Part shown: in pieces, positions 13,724 to 27,693 of the stretch | Numbering within the stretch: the first letter of the stretch is position 1 | Layout: each line of letters starts with the position of its first letter | Origin: the human T2T-CHM13v2.0 reference genome, Homo sapiens | Strand: one strand, 5' to 3' | DNA length: 64,000 nucleotides | Assembly (NCBI RefSeq): GCF_009914755.1 | Contig: NC_060931.1 | Notes under the pieces: model-generated | Seen by the model: the letters and a program-made list of their open reading frames with translations, nothing else | Database searches by the model: none | What the model was told of the DNA's origin: nothing | Position numbers and translations under genes: made by a program

Positions 13724-14405
13724 GAATTCTCAGTAAATTCTTTGTGTTGTGTGCATTCAACTCACAGAGTGGAACGTCCCTTTAGACAGAGCAGATTTGA
13801 AACACTCTTTTTGCGGAATTTGCAAGTGGAGATTTCTAGCCATTTGATGCCAACAGTAGAAAGGGAAATATCTTCAAATAAAAACTAGACAGAATCATTC
13901 TCAGAAAATTCTTTGTGATGTGTGCCTTCAACTCACAGAGTTTAACCTTTCTTTTCTTAGAGCAGTTTAGAAACACTCTGCTTGTTATGTCTGCAAGTGG
14001 ATATTTGGACCTCTTTGAGGCCTTCGTTGCAAACGGGGTTTCTTCCTTTCATGCTAGACTAAGAAGAGTTCTCAGTAACTTTTTTGTGTTGTGTGTATTC
14101 AACTCACAGAGTTGAACCTTGCTTTAGAGAGAGCAGATTTGAAACACTCTTGCTGTGGCATTTTCAGGTGGAGATTTCAAGCGATTTGAGGACAATTGCA
14201 GAAAAGGAAATATCTTCGTATAATAACCAGACAGAATCATTCTCAGAAAGTGCTTTGTGATGTGTGCGTTCAACTCACAGAGTTTAACCTTTCTTTTCAT
14301 AGAGGAGTTTGGAAACACACTGTTTGTAAAGACTGCAAGTGGATATATGGACCTGTTTGAGGCCTTCGTTGGAAACGGGATTTCTTCATTGAATGCTAGA
14401 CGGAA
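13724..14405 (+). repeat. 4-mer HOR variant type 1 (682 bp)
   Basis: Anchor spacing 13442->14124; same junction. Confidence 0.95.
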
Positions 14406-17400
14406 GAATTCTCAGTAAATTCTTTGTGTTGTGTGCATTCAACTCACAGAGTGGAACGTCCCTTTAGACACAGCAGATTTGAAACACTCTTTTTGCGGAA
14501 TTTGCAAGTGGAGATTTCTAGCCATTTGATGCCAACAGTAGAAAGGGAAATATCTTCAAATAAAAACCAGACAGAATCATTCTCAGCAAATTCTTTGTGA
14601 TGTGTGCGTTCAACTCACATAGTTTAACCTTTCTTTTCATAGAGCAGTTTGGAAACACTCTGTTTGTAAAGTCTGCAAGTGGATATATGGACCGCATTGA
14701 GGCCTTCGTTGGAAACGGTATTTCTTCATTTCATGCTAGACAGAAGAATTCTCAGTAACTTCTTTGTGCTGTGTGTATTCAACTCACAGAGTGGAACGTC
14801 CCTTTGCACAGAGCAGATTTGAAACACTCTTTTTGTGGAGTTTGCAAGTGGAGATTTCAAGCGATTTGATGCCAACAGTAGAAAAGGAAATATCTTCAAA
14901 TAAAAACTAGACAGAATCATTCTCAGAAACTACTTTGTGATGTGTGCCTTCAACTCACAGAGTTCAACCTTTCTTTTCTTAGAGCAGTTTAGAAACACTC
15001 TGCTTGTTATGTCTGCAAGTGGATATTTGGACCTCTTTGAGGCCTTCGTTGCAAACGGGGTTTCTTCCTTTCATGCTAGACTAAGAAGAGTTCTCAGTAA
15101 CTTTTTTGTGTTGTGTGTATTCAACTCACAGAGTTGAACCTTGCTTTAGAGAGAGCAGATTTGAAACACTCTTGCTGTGGCATTTTCAGGTGGAGATTTC
15201 AAGCGATTTGAGGACAATTGCAGAAAAGGAAATATCTTCGTATAATAACCAGACAGAATCATTCTCAGAAAGTGCTTTGTGATGTGTGCGTTCAACTCAC
15301 AGAGTTTAACCTTTCTTTTCATAGAGGAGTTTGGAAACACACTGTTTGTAAAGTCTGCAAGTGGATACATGGACCTGTTTGAGGCCTTCGTTGGAAACGG
15401 GATTTCTTCATTGAATGCTAGACGGAAGAATTCTCAGTAAATTCTTTGTGTTGTGTGCATTCAACTCACAGAGTGGAACGTCCCTTTAGACAGAGCAGAT
15501 TTGAAACACTCTTTTTGCGGAATTTGCAAGTGGAGATTTCTAGCCATTTGATGCCAACAGTAGAAAGGGAAATATCTTCAAATAAAAACCAGACAGAATC
15601 ATTCTCAGAAAATTCTTTGTGATGTGTGCGTTCAACTCACATAGTTTAACCTTTCTTTTCATAGAGCAGTTTGGAAACACTCTGTTTGTAAAGTCTGCAA
15701 GTGGATATATGGACCGCATTGAGGCCTTCGTTGGAAACGGGATTTCTTCATTTCATGCTAGACAGAAGAATTCTCAGTAACTTCTTTGTGCTGTGTGTAT
15801 TCAACTCACAGAGTGGAACGTCCCTTTGCACAGAGCAGATTTGAAACACTCTTTTTGTGGAGTTTGCAAGTGGAGATTTCAAGCGATTTGATGCCAACAG
15901 TAGAAAAGGAAATATCTTCAAATAAAAACTAGACAGAATCATTCTCAGAAACTACTTTGTGATGTGTGCCTTCAACTCACAGAGTTCAACCTTTCTTTTC
16001 TTAGAGCAGTTTAGAAACACTCTGCTTGTTATGTCTGCAAGTGGATATTTGGACCTCTTTGAGGCCTTCGTTGCAAACGGGGTTTCTTCCTTTCATGCTA
16101 GACTAAGAAGAGTTCTCAGTAACTTTTTTGTGTTGTGTGTATTCAACTCACAGAGTTGAACCTTGCTTTAGAGAGAGCAGATTTGAAACACTCTTGCTGT
16201 GGCATTTTCAGGTGGAGATTTCAAGCGATTTGAGGACAATTGCAGAAAAGGAAATATCTTCGTATAATAACCAGACAGAATCATTCTCAGAAAGTGCTTT
16301 GTGATGTGTGCGTTCAACTCACAGAGTTTAACCTTTCTTTTCATAGAGGAGTTTGGAAACACACTGTTTGTAAAGTCTGCAAGTGGATACATGGACCTGT
16401 TTGAGGCCTTCGTTGGAAACGGGATTTCTTCATTGAATGCTAGACGGAAGAATTCTCAGTAAATTCTTTGTGTTGTGTGCATTCAACTCACAGAGTGGAA
16501 CGTCCCTTTAGACAGAGCAGATTTGAAACACTCTTTTTGCGGAATTTGCAAGTGGAGATTTCTAGCCATTTGATGCCAACAGTAGAAAGGGAAATATCTT
16601 CAAATAAAAACCAGACAGAATCATTCTCAGAAAATTCTTTGTGATGTGTGCGTTCAACTCACATAGTTTAACCTTTCTTTTCATAGAGCAGTTTGGAAAC
16701 ACTCTGTTTGTAAAGTCTGCAAGTGGATATATGGACCGCATTGAGGCCTTCGTTGGAAACGGGATTTCTTCATTTCATGCTAGACAGAAGAATTCTCAGT
16801 AACTTCTTTGTGCTGTGTGTATTCAACTCACAGAGTGGAACGTCCCTTTACACAGAGCAGATTTGAAACACTCTTTTTGTGGAGTTTGCAAGTGGAGATT
16901 TCAAGCGATTTGATGCCAACAGTAGAAAAGGAAATATCTTCAAATAAAAACTAGACAGAATCATTCTCAGAAACTACTTTGTGATGTGTGCCTTCAACTC
17001 ACAGAGTTTAACCTTTCTTTTCTTAGAGCAGTTTAGAAACACTCTGCTTGTTATGTCTGCAAGTGGATATTTGGACCTCTTTGAGGCCTTCGTTGCAAAC
17101 GGGGTTTCTTCCTTTCATGCTAGACTAAGAAGAGTTCTCAGTAACTTTTTTGTGTTGTGTGTATTCAACTCACAGAGTTGAACCTTGCTTTAGAGAGAGC
17201 AGATTTGAAACACTCTTGCTGTGGCATTTTCAGGTGGAGATTTCAAGCGATTTGAGGACAATTGCAGAAAAGGAAATATCTTCGTATAATAACCAGACAG
17301 AATCATTCTCAGAAAGTGCTTTGTGATGTGTGCGTTCAACTCACAGAGTTTAACCTTTCTTTTCATAGAGGAGTTTGGAAACACACTGTTTGTAAAGTCT

Positions 17401-18493
17401 GCAAGTGGATACATGGACCTGTTTGAGGCCTTCGTTGGAAACGGGATTTCTTCATTGAATGCTAGACGGAAGAATTCTCAGTAAATTCTTTGTGTTGTGT
17501 GCATTCAACTCACAGAGTGGAACGTCCCTTTAGACAGAGCAGATTTGAAACACTCTTTTTGCGGAATTTGCAAGTGGAGATTTCTAGCCATTTGATGCCA
17601 ACAGTAGAAAGGGAAATATCTTCAAATAAAAACCAGACAGAATCATTCTCAGAAAATTCTTTGTGATGTGTGCGTTCAACTCACATAGTTTAACCTTTCT
17701 TTTCATAGAGCAGTTTGGAAACACTCTGTTTGTAAAGTCTGCAAGTGGATATATGGACCGCATTGAGGCCTTCGTTGGAAACGGGATTTCTTCATTTCAT
17801 GCTAGACAGAAGAATTCTCAGTAACTTCTTTGTGCTGTGTGTATTCAACTCACAGAGTGGAACGTCCCTTTGCACAGAGCAGATTTGAAACACTCTTTTT
17901 GTGGAGTTTGCAAGTGGAGATTTCAAGCGATTTGATGCCAACAGTAGAAAAGGAAATATCTTCAAATAAAAACTAGACAGAATCATTCTCAGAAACTACT
18001 TTGTGATGTGTGCCTTCAACTCACAGAGTTCAACCTTTCTTTTCTTAGAGCAGTTTAGAAACACTCTGCTTGTTATGTCTGCAAGTGGATATTTGGACCT
18101 CTTTGAGGCCTTCGTTGCAAACGGGGTTTCTTCCTTTCATGCTAGACTAAGAAGAGTTCTCAGTAACTTTTTTGTGTTGTGTGTATTCAACTCACAGAGT
18201 TGAACCTTGCTTTAGAGAGAGCAGATTTGAAACACTCTTGCTGTGGCATTTTCAGGTGGAGATTTCAAGCGATTTGAGGACAATTGCAGAAAAGGAAATA
18301 TCTTCGTATAATAACCAGACAGAATCATTCTCAGAAAGTGCTTTGTGATGTGTGCGTTCAACTCACAGAGTTTAACCTTTCTTTTCATAGAGGAGTTTGG
18401 AAACACACTGTTTGTAAAGTCTGCAAGTGGATACATGGACCTGTTTGAGGCCTTCGTTGGAAACGGGATTTCTTCATTGAATGCTAGACGGAA

Positions 18494-19175
18494 GAATTCT
18501 CAGTAAATTCTTTGTGTTGTGTGCATTCAACTCACAGAGTGGAACGTCCCTTTAGACAGAGCAGATTTGAAACACTCTTTTTGCGGAATTTGCAAGTGGA
18601 GATTTCTAGCCATTTGATGCCAACAGTAGAAAGGGAAATATCTTCAAATAAAAACTAGACAGAATCATTCTCAGAAAATTCTTTGTGATGTGTGCCTTCA
18701 ACTCACAGAGTTTAACCTTTCTTTTCTTAGAGCAGTTTAGAAACACTCTGCTTGTTATGTCTGCAAGTGGATATTTGGACCTCTTTGAGGCCTTCGTTGC
18801 AAACGGGGTTTCTTCCTTTCATGCTAGACTAAGAAGAGTTCTCAGTAACTTTTTTGTGTTGTGTGTATTCAACTCACAGAGTTGAACCTTGCTTTAGAGA
18901 GAGCAGATTTGAAACACTCTTGCTGTGGCATTTTCAGGTGGAGATTTCAAGCGATTTGAGGACAATTGCAGAAAAGGAAATATCTTCGTATAATAACCAG
19001 ACAGAATCATTCTCAGAAAGTGCTTTGTGATGTGTGCGTTCAACTCACAGAGTTTAACCTTTCTTTTCATAGAGGAGTTTGGAAACACACTGTTTGTAAA
19101 GACTGCAAGTGGATATATGGACCTGTTTGAGGCCTTCGTTGGAAACGGGATTTCTTCATTGAATGCTAGACGGAA
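18494..19175 (+). repeat. 4-mer HOR variant type 1 (682 bp)
   Basis: Anchor spacing 18212->18894; same junction. Confidence 0.95.
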
Positions 19176-22100
19176 GAATTCTCAGTAAATTCTTTGTGTT
19201 GTGTGCATTCAACTCACAGAGTGGAACGTCCCTTTAGACACAGCAGATTTGAAACACTCTTTTTGCGGAATTTGCAAGTGGAGATTTCTAGCCATTTGAT
19301 GCCAACAGTAGAAAGGGAAATATCTTCAAATAAAAACCAGACAGAATCATTCTCAGCAAATTCTTTGTGATGTGTGCGTTCAACTCACATAGTTTAACCT
19401 TTCTTTTCATAGAGCAGTTTGGAAACACTCTGTTTGTAAAGTCTGCAAGTGGATATATGGACCGCATTGAGGCCTTCGTTGGAAACGGTATTTCTTCATT
19501 TCATGCTAGACAGAAGAATTCTCAGTAACTTCTTTGTGCTGTGTGTATTCAACTCACAGAGTGGAACGTCCCTTTGCACAGAGCAGATTTGAAACACTCT
19601 TTTTGTGGAGTTTGCAAGTGGAGATTTCAAGCGATTTGATGCCAACAGTAGAAAAGGAAATATCTTCAAATAAAAACTAGACAGAATCATTCTCAGAAAC
19701 TACTTTGTGATGTGTGCCTTCAACTCACAGAGTTCAACCTTTCTTTTCTTAGAGCAGTTTAGAAACACTCTGCTTGTTATGTCTGCAAGTGGATATTTGG
19801 ACCTCTTTGAGGCCTTCGTTGCAAACGGGGTTTCTTCCTTTCATGCTAGACTAAGAAGAGTTCTCAGTAACTTTTTTGTGTTGTGTGTATTCAACTCACA
19901 GAGTTGAACCTTGCTTTAGAGAGAGCAGATTTGAAACACTCTTGCTGTGGCATTTTCAGGTGGAGATTTCAAGCGATTTGAGGACAATTGCAGAAAAGGA
20001 AATATCTTCGTATAATAACCAGACAGAATCATTCTCAGAAAGTGCTTTGTGATGTGTGCGTTCAACTCACAGAGTTTAACCTTTCTTTTCATAGAGGAGT
20101 TTGGAAACACACTGTTTGTAAAGTCTGCAAGTGGATACATGGACCTGTTTGAGGCCTTCGTTGGAAACGGGATTTCTTCATTGAATGCTAGACGGAAGAA
20201 TTCTCAGTAAATTCTTTGTGTTGTGTGCATTCAACTCACAGAGTGGAACGTCCCTTTAGACAGAGCAGATTTGAAACACTCTTTTTGCGGAATTTGCAAG
20301 TGGAGATTTCTAGCCATTTGATGCCAACAGTAGAAAGGGAAATATCTTCAAATAAAAACCAGACAGAATCATTCTCAGAAAATTCTTTGTGATGTGTGCG
20401 TTCAACTCACATAGTTTAACCTTTCTTTTCATAGAGCAGTTTGGAAACACTCTGTTTGTAAAGTCTGCAAGTGGATATATGGACCGCATTGAGGCCTTCG
20501 TTGGAAACGGGATTTCTTCATTTCATGCTAGACAGAAGAATTCTCAGTAACTTCTTTGTGCTGTGTGTATTCAACTCACAGAGTGGAACGTCCCTTTGCA
20601 CAGAGCAGATTTGAAACACTCTTTTTGTGGAGTTTGCAAGTGGAGATTTCAAGCGATTTGATGCCAACAGTAGAAAAGGAAATATCTTCAAATAAAAACT
20701 AGACAGAATCATTCTCAGAAACTACTTTGTGATGTGTGCCTTCAACTCACAGAGTTCAACCTTTCTTTTCTTAGAGCAGTTTAGAAACACTCTGCTTGTT
20801 ATGTCTGCAAGTGGATATTTGGACCTCTTTGAGGCCTTCGTTGCAAACGGGGTTTCTTCCTTTCATGCTAGACTAAGAAGAGTTCTCAGTAACTTTTTTG
20901 TGTTGTGTGTATTCAACTCACAGAGTTGAACCTTGCTTTAGAGAGAGCAGATTTGAAACACTCTTGCTGTGGCATTTTCAGGTGGAGATTTCAAGCGATT
21001 TGAGGACAATTGCAGAAAAGGAAATATCTTCGTATAATAACCAGACAGAATCATTCTCAGAAAGTGCTTTGTGATGTGTGCGTTCAACTCACAGAGTTTA
21101 ACCTTTCTTTTCATAGAGGAGTTTGGAAACACACTGTTTGTAAAGTCTGCAAGTGGATACATGGACCTGTTTGAGGCCTTCGTTGGAAACGGGATTTCTT
21201 CATTGAATGCTAGACGGAAGAATTCTCAGTAAATTCTTTGTGTTGTGTGCATTCAACTCACAGAGTGGAACGTCCCTTTAGACAGAGCAGATTTGAAACA
21301 CTCTTTTTGCGGAATTTGCAAGTGGAGATTTCTAGCCATTTGATGCCAACAGTAGAAAGGGAAATATCTTCAAATAAAAACCAGACAGAATCATTCTCAG
21401 AAAATTCTTTGTGATGTGTGCGTTCAACTCACATAGTTTAACCTTTCTTTTCATAGAGCAGTTTGGAAACACTCTGTTTGTAAAGTCTGCAAGTGGATAT
21501 ATGGACCGCATTGAGGCCTTCGTTGGAAACGGGATTTCTTCATTTCATGCTAGACAGAAGAATTCTCAGTAACTTCTTTGTGCTGTGTGTATTCAACTCA
21601 CAGAGTGGAACGTCCCTTTGCACAGAGCAGATTTGAAACACTCTTTTTGTGGAGTTTGCAAGTGGAGATTTCAAGCGATTTGATGCCAACAGTAGAAAAG
21701 GAAATATCTTCAAATAAAAACTAGACAGAATCATTCTCAGAAACTACTTTGTGATGTGTGCCTTCAACTCACAGAGTTCAACCTTTCTTTTCTTAGAGCA
21801 GTTTAGAAACACTCTGCTTGTTATGTCTGCAAGTGGATATTTGGACCTCTTTGAGGCCTTCGTTGCAAACGGGGTTTCTTCCTTTCATGCTAGACTAAGA
21901 AGAGTTCTCAGTAACTTTTTTGTGTTGTGTGTATTCAACTCACAGAGTTGAACCTTGCTTTAGAGAGAGCAGATTTGAAACACTCTTGCTGTGGCATTTT
22001 CAGGTGGAGATTTCAAGCGATTTGAGGACAATTGCAGAAAAGGAAATATCTTCGTATAATAACCAGACAGAATCATTCTCAGAAAGTGCTTTGTGATGTG

Positions 22101-24285
22101 TGCGTTCAACTCACAGAGTTTAACCTTTCTTTTCATAGAGGAGTTTGGAAACACACTGTTTGTAAAGTCTGCAAGTGGATACATGGACCTGTTTGAGGCC
22201 TTCGTTGGAAACGGGATTTCTTCATTGAATGCTAGACGGAAGAATTCTCAGTAAATTCTTTGTGTTGTGTGCATTCAACTCACAGAGTGGAACGTCCCTT
22301 TAGACACAGCAGATTTGAAACACTCTTTTTGCGGAATTTGCAAGTGGAGATTTCTAGCCATTTGATGCCAACAGTAGAAAGGGAAATATCTTCAAATAAA
22401 AACCAGACAGAATCATTCTCAGAAAATTCTTTGTGATGTGTGCGTTCAACTCACATAGTTTAACCTTTCTTTTCATAGAGCAGTTTGGAAACACTCTGTT
22501 TGTAAAGTCTGCAAGTGGATATATGGACCGCATTGAGGCCTTCGTTGGAAACGGGATTTCTTCATTTCATGCTAGACAGAAGAATTCTCAGTAACTTCTT
22601 TGTGCTGTGTGTATTCAACTCACAGAGTGGAACGTCCCTTTGCACAGAGCAGATTTGAAACACTCTTTTTGTGGAGTTTGCAAGCGGAGATTTCAAGCGA
22701 TTTGATGCCAACAGTAGAAAAGGAAATATCTTCAAATAAAAACTAGACAGAATCATTCTCAGAAACTACTTTGTGATGTGTGCCTTCAACTCACAGAGTT
22801 CAACCTTTCTTTTCTTAGAGCAGTTTAGAAACACTCTGCTTGTTATGTCTGCAAGTGGATATTTGGACCTCTTTGAGGCCTTCGTTGCAAACGGGGTTTC
22901 TTCCTTTCATGCTAGACTAAGAAGAGTTCTCAGTAACTTTTTTGTGTTGTGTGTATTCAACTCACAGAGTTGAACCTTGCTTTAGAGAGAGCAGATTTGA
23001 AACACTCTTGCTGTGGCATTTTCAGGTGGAGATTTCAAGCGATTTGAGGACAATTGCAGAAAAGGAAATATCTTCGTATAATAACCAGACAGAATCATTC
23101 TCAGAAAGTGCTTTGTGATGTGTGCGTTCAACTCACAGAGTTTAACCTTTCTTTTCATAGAGGAGTTTGGAAACACACTGTTTGTAAAGTCTGCAAGTGG
23201 ATACATGGACCTGTTTGAGGCCTTCGTTGGAAACGGGATTTCTTCATTGAATGCTAGACGGAAGAATTCTCAGTAAATTCTTTGTGTTGTGTGCATTCAA
23301 CTCACAGAGTGGAACGTCCCTTTAGACAGAGCAGATTTGAAACACTCTTTTTGCGGAATTTGCAAGTGGAGATTTCTAGCCATTTGATGCCAACAGTAGA
23401 AAGGGAAATATCTTCAAATAAAAACCAGACAGAATCATTCTCAGAAAATTCTTTGTGATGTGTGCGTTCAACTCACATAGTTTAACCTTTCTTTTCATAG
23501 AGCAGTTTGGAAACACTCTGTTTGTAAAGTCTGCAAGTGGATATATGGACCGCATTGAGGCCTTCGTTGGAAACGGGATTTCTTCATTTCATGCTAGACA
23601 GAAGAATTCTCAGTAACTTCTTTGTGCTGTGTGTATTCAACTCACAGAGTGGAACGTCCCTTTGCACAGAGCAGATTTGAAACACTCTTTTTGTGGAGTT
23701 TGCAAGTGGAGATTTCAAGCGATTTGATGCCAACAGTAGAAAAGGAAATATCTTCAAATAAAAACTAGACAGAATCATTCTCAGAAACTACTTTGTGATG
23801 TGTGCCTTCAACTCACAGAGTTCAACCTTTCTTTTCTTAGAGCAGTTTAGAAACACTCTGCTTGTTATGTCTGCAAGTGGATATTTGGACCTCTTTGAGG
23901 CCTTCGTTGCAAACGGGGTTTCTTCCTTTCATGCTAGACTAAGAAGAGTTCTCAGTAACTTTTTTGTGTTGTGTGTATTCAACTCACAGAGTTGAACCTT
24001 GCTTTAGAGAGAGCAGATTTGAAACACTCTTGCTGTGGCATTTTCAGGTGGAGATTTCAAGCGATTTGAGGACAATTGCAGAAAAGGAAATATCTTCGTA
24101 TAATAACCAGACAGAATCATTCTCAGAAAGTGCTTTGTGATGTGTGCGTTCAACTCACAGAGTTTAACCTTTCTTTTCATAGAGGAGTTTGGAAACACAC
24201 TGTTTGTAAAGTCTGCAAGTGGATACATGGACCTGTTTGAGGCCTTCGTTGGAAACGGGATTTCTTCATTGAATGCTAGACGGAA

Positions 24286-24967
24286 GAATTCTCAGTAAAT
24301 TCTTTGTGTTGTGTGCATTCAACTCACAGAGTGGAACGTCCCTTTAGACAGAGCAGATTTGAAACACTCTTTTTGCGGAATTTGCAAGTGGAGATTTCTA
24401 GCCATTTGATGCCAACAGTAGAAAGGGAAATATCTTCAAATAAAAACTAGACAGAATCATTCTCAGAAAATTCTTTGTGATGTGTGCCTTCAACTCACAG
24501 AGTTTAACCTTTCTTTTCTTAGAGCAGTTTAGAAACACTCTGCTTGTTATGTCTGCAAGTGGATATTTGGACCTCTTTGAGGCCTTCGTTGCAAACGGGG
24601 TTTCTTCCTTTCATGCTAGACTAAGAAGAGTTCTCAGTAACTTTTTTGTGTTGTGTGTATTCAACTCACAGAGTTGAACCTTGCTTTAGAGAGAGCAGAT
24701 TTGAAACACTCTTGCTGTGGCATTTTCAGGTGGAGATTTCAAGCGATTTGAGGACAATTGCAGAAAAGGAAATATCTTCGTATAATAACCAGACAGAATC
24801 ATTCTCAGAAAGTGCTTTGTGATGTGTGCGTTCAACTCACAGAGTTTAACCTTTCTTTTCATAGAGGAGTTTGGAAACACACTGTTTGTAAAGACTGCAA
24901 GTGGATATATGGACCTGTTTGAGGCCTTCGTTGGAAACGGGATTTCTTCATTGAATGCTAGACGGAA
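24286..24967 (+). repeat. 4-mer HOR variant type 1 (682 bp)
   Basis: Anchor spacing 24004->24686; same junction. Confidence 0.95.
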
Positions 24968-27011
24968 GAATTCTCAGTAAATTCTTTGTGTTGTGTGCAT
25001 TCAACTCACAGAGTGGAACGTCCCTTTAGACACAGCAGATTTGAAACACTCTTTTTGCGGAATTTGCAAGTGGAGATTTCTAGCCATTTGATGCCAACAG
25101 TAGAAAGGGAAATATCTTCAAATAAAAACCAGACAGAATCATTCTCAGCAAATTCTTTGTGATGTGTGCGTTCAACTCACATAGTTTAACCTTTCTTTTC
25201 ATAGAGCAGTTTGGAAACACTCTGTTTGTAAAGTCTGCAAGTGGATATATGGACCGCATTGAGGCCTTCGTTGGAAACGGGATTTCTTCATTTCATGCTA
25301 GACAGAAGAATTCTCAGTAACTTCTTTGTGCTGTGTGTATTCAACTCACAGAGTGGAACGTCCCTTTGCACAGAGCAGATTTGAAACACTCTTTTTGTGG
25401 AGTTTGCAAGTGGAGATTTCAAGCGATTTGATGCCAACAGTAGAAAAGGAAATATCTTCAAATAAAAACTAGACAGAATCATTCTCAGAAACTACTTTGT
25501 GATGTGTGCCTTCAACTCACAGAGTTCAACCTTTCTTTTCTTAGAGCAGTTTAGAAACACTCTGCTTGTTATGTCTGCAAGTGGATATTTGGACCTCTTT
25601 GAGGCCTTCGTTGCAAACGGGGTTTCTTCCTTTCATGCTAGACTAAGAAGAGTTCTCAGTAACTTTTTTGTGTTGTGTGTATTCAACTCACAGAGTTGAA
25701 CCTTGCTTTAGAGAGAGCAGATTTGAAACACTCTTGCTGTGGCATTTTCAGGTGGAGATTTCAAGCGATTTGAGGACAATTGCAGAAAAGGAAATATCTT
25801 CGTATAATAACCAGACAGAATCATTCTCAGAAAGTGCTTTGTGATGTGTGCGTTCAACTCACAGAGTTTAACCTTTCTTTTCATAGAGGAGTTTGGAAAC
25901 ACACTGTTTGTAAAGTCTGCAAGTGGATACATGGACCTGTTTGAGGCCTTCGTTGGAAACGGGATTTCTTCATTGAATGCTAGACGGAAGAATTCTCAGT
26001 AAATTCTTTGTGTTGTGTGCATTCAACTCACAGAGTGGAACGTCCCTTTAGACAGAGCAGATTTGAAACACTCTTTTTGCGGAATTTGCAAGTGGAGATT
26101 TCTAGCCATTTGATGCCAACAGTAGAAAGGGAAATATCTTCAAATAAAAACCAGACAGAATCATTCTCAGCAAATTCTTTGTGATGTGTGCGTTCAACTC
26201 ACATAGTTTAACCTTTCTTTTCATAGAGCAGTTTGGAAACACTCTGTTTGTAAAGTCTGCAAGTGGATATATGGACCGCATTGAGGCCTTCGTTGGAAAC
26301 GGGATTTCTTCATTTCATGCTAGACAGAAGAATTCTCAGTAACTTCTTTGTGCTGTGTGTATTCAACTCACAGAGTGGAACGTCCCTTTGCACAGAGCAG
26401 ATTTGAAACACTCTTTTTGTGGAGTTTGCAAGTGGAGATTTCAAGCGATTTGATGCCAACAGTAGAAAAGGAAATATCTTCAAATAAAAACTAGACAGAA
26501 TCATTCTCAGAAACTACTTTGTGATGTGTGCCTTCAACTCACAGAGTTCAACCTTTCTTTTCTTAGAGCAGTTTAGAAACACTCTGCTTGTTATGTCTGC
26601 AAGTGGATATTTGGACCTCTTTGAGGCCTTCGTTGCAAACGGGGTTTCTTCCTTTCATGCTAGACTAAGAAGAGTTCTCAGTAACTTTTTTGTGTTGTGT
26701 GTATTCAACTCACAGAGTTGAACCTTGCTTTAGAGAGAGCAGATTTGAAACACTCTTGCTGTGGCATTTTCAGGTGGAGATTTCAAGCGATTTGAGGACA
26801 ATTGCAGAAAAGGAAATATCTTCGTATAATAACCAGACAGAATCATTCTCAGAAAGTGCTTTGTGATGTGTGCGTTCAACTCACAGAGTTTAACCTTTCT
26901 TTTCATAGAGGAGTTTGGAAACACACTGTTTGTAAAGTCTGCAAGTGGATACATGGACCTGTTTGAGGCCTTCGTTGGAAACGGGATTTCTTCATTGAAT
27001 GCTAGACGGAA

Positions 27012-27693
27012 GAATTCTCAGTAAATTCTTTGTGTTGTGTGCATTCAACTCACAGAGTGGAACGTCCCTTTAGACAGAGCAGATTTGAAACACTCTTTTT
27101 GCGGAATTTGCAAGTGGAGATTTCTAGCCATTTGATGCCAACAGTAGAAAGGGAAATATCTTCAAATAAAAACTAGACAGAATCATTCTCAGAAAATTCT
27201 TTGTGATGTGTGCCTTCAACTCACAGAGTTTAACCTTTCTTTTCTTAGAGCAGTTTAGAAACACTCTGCTTGTTATGTCTGCAAGTGGATATTTGGACCT
27301 CTTTGAGGCCTTCGTTGCAAACGGGGTTTCTTCCTTTCATGCTAGACTAAGAAGAGTTCTCAGTAACTTTTTTGTGTTGTGTGTATTCAACTCACAGAGT
27401 TGAACCTTGCTTTAGAGAGAGCAGATTTGAAACACTCTTGCTGTGGCATTTTCAGGTGGAGATTTCAAGCGATTTGAGGACAATTGCAGAAAAGGAAATA
27501 TCTTCGTATAATAACCAGACAGAATCATTCTCAGAAAGTGCTTTGTGATGTGTGCGTTCAACTCACAGAGTTTAACCTTTCTTTTCATAGAGGAGTTTGG
27601 AAACACACTGTTTGTAAAGACTGCAAGTGGATATATGGACCTGTTTGAGGCCTTCGTTGGAAACGGGATTTCTTCATTGAATGCTAGACGGAA
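27012..27693 (+). repeat. 4-mer HOR variant type 1 (682 bp)
   Basis: Anchor spacing 26730->27412; same junction. Confidence 0.95.
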
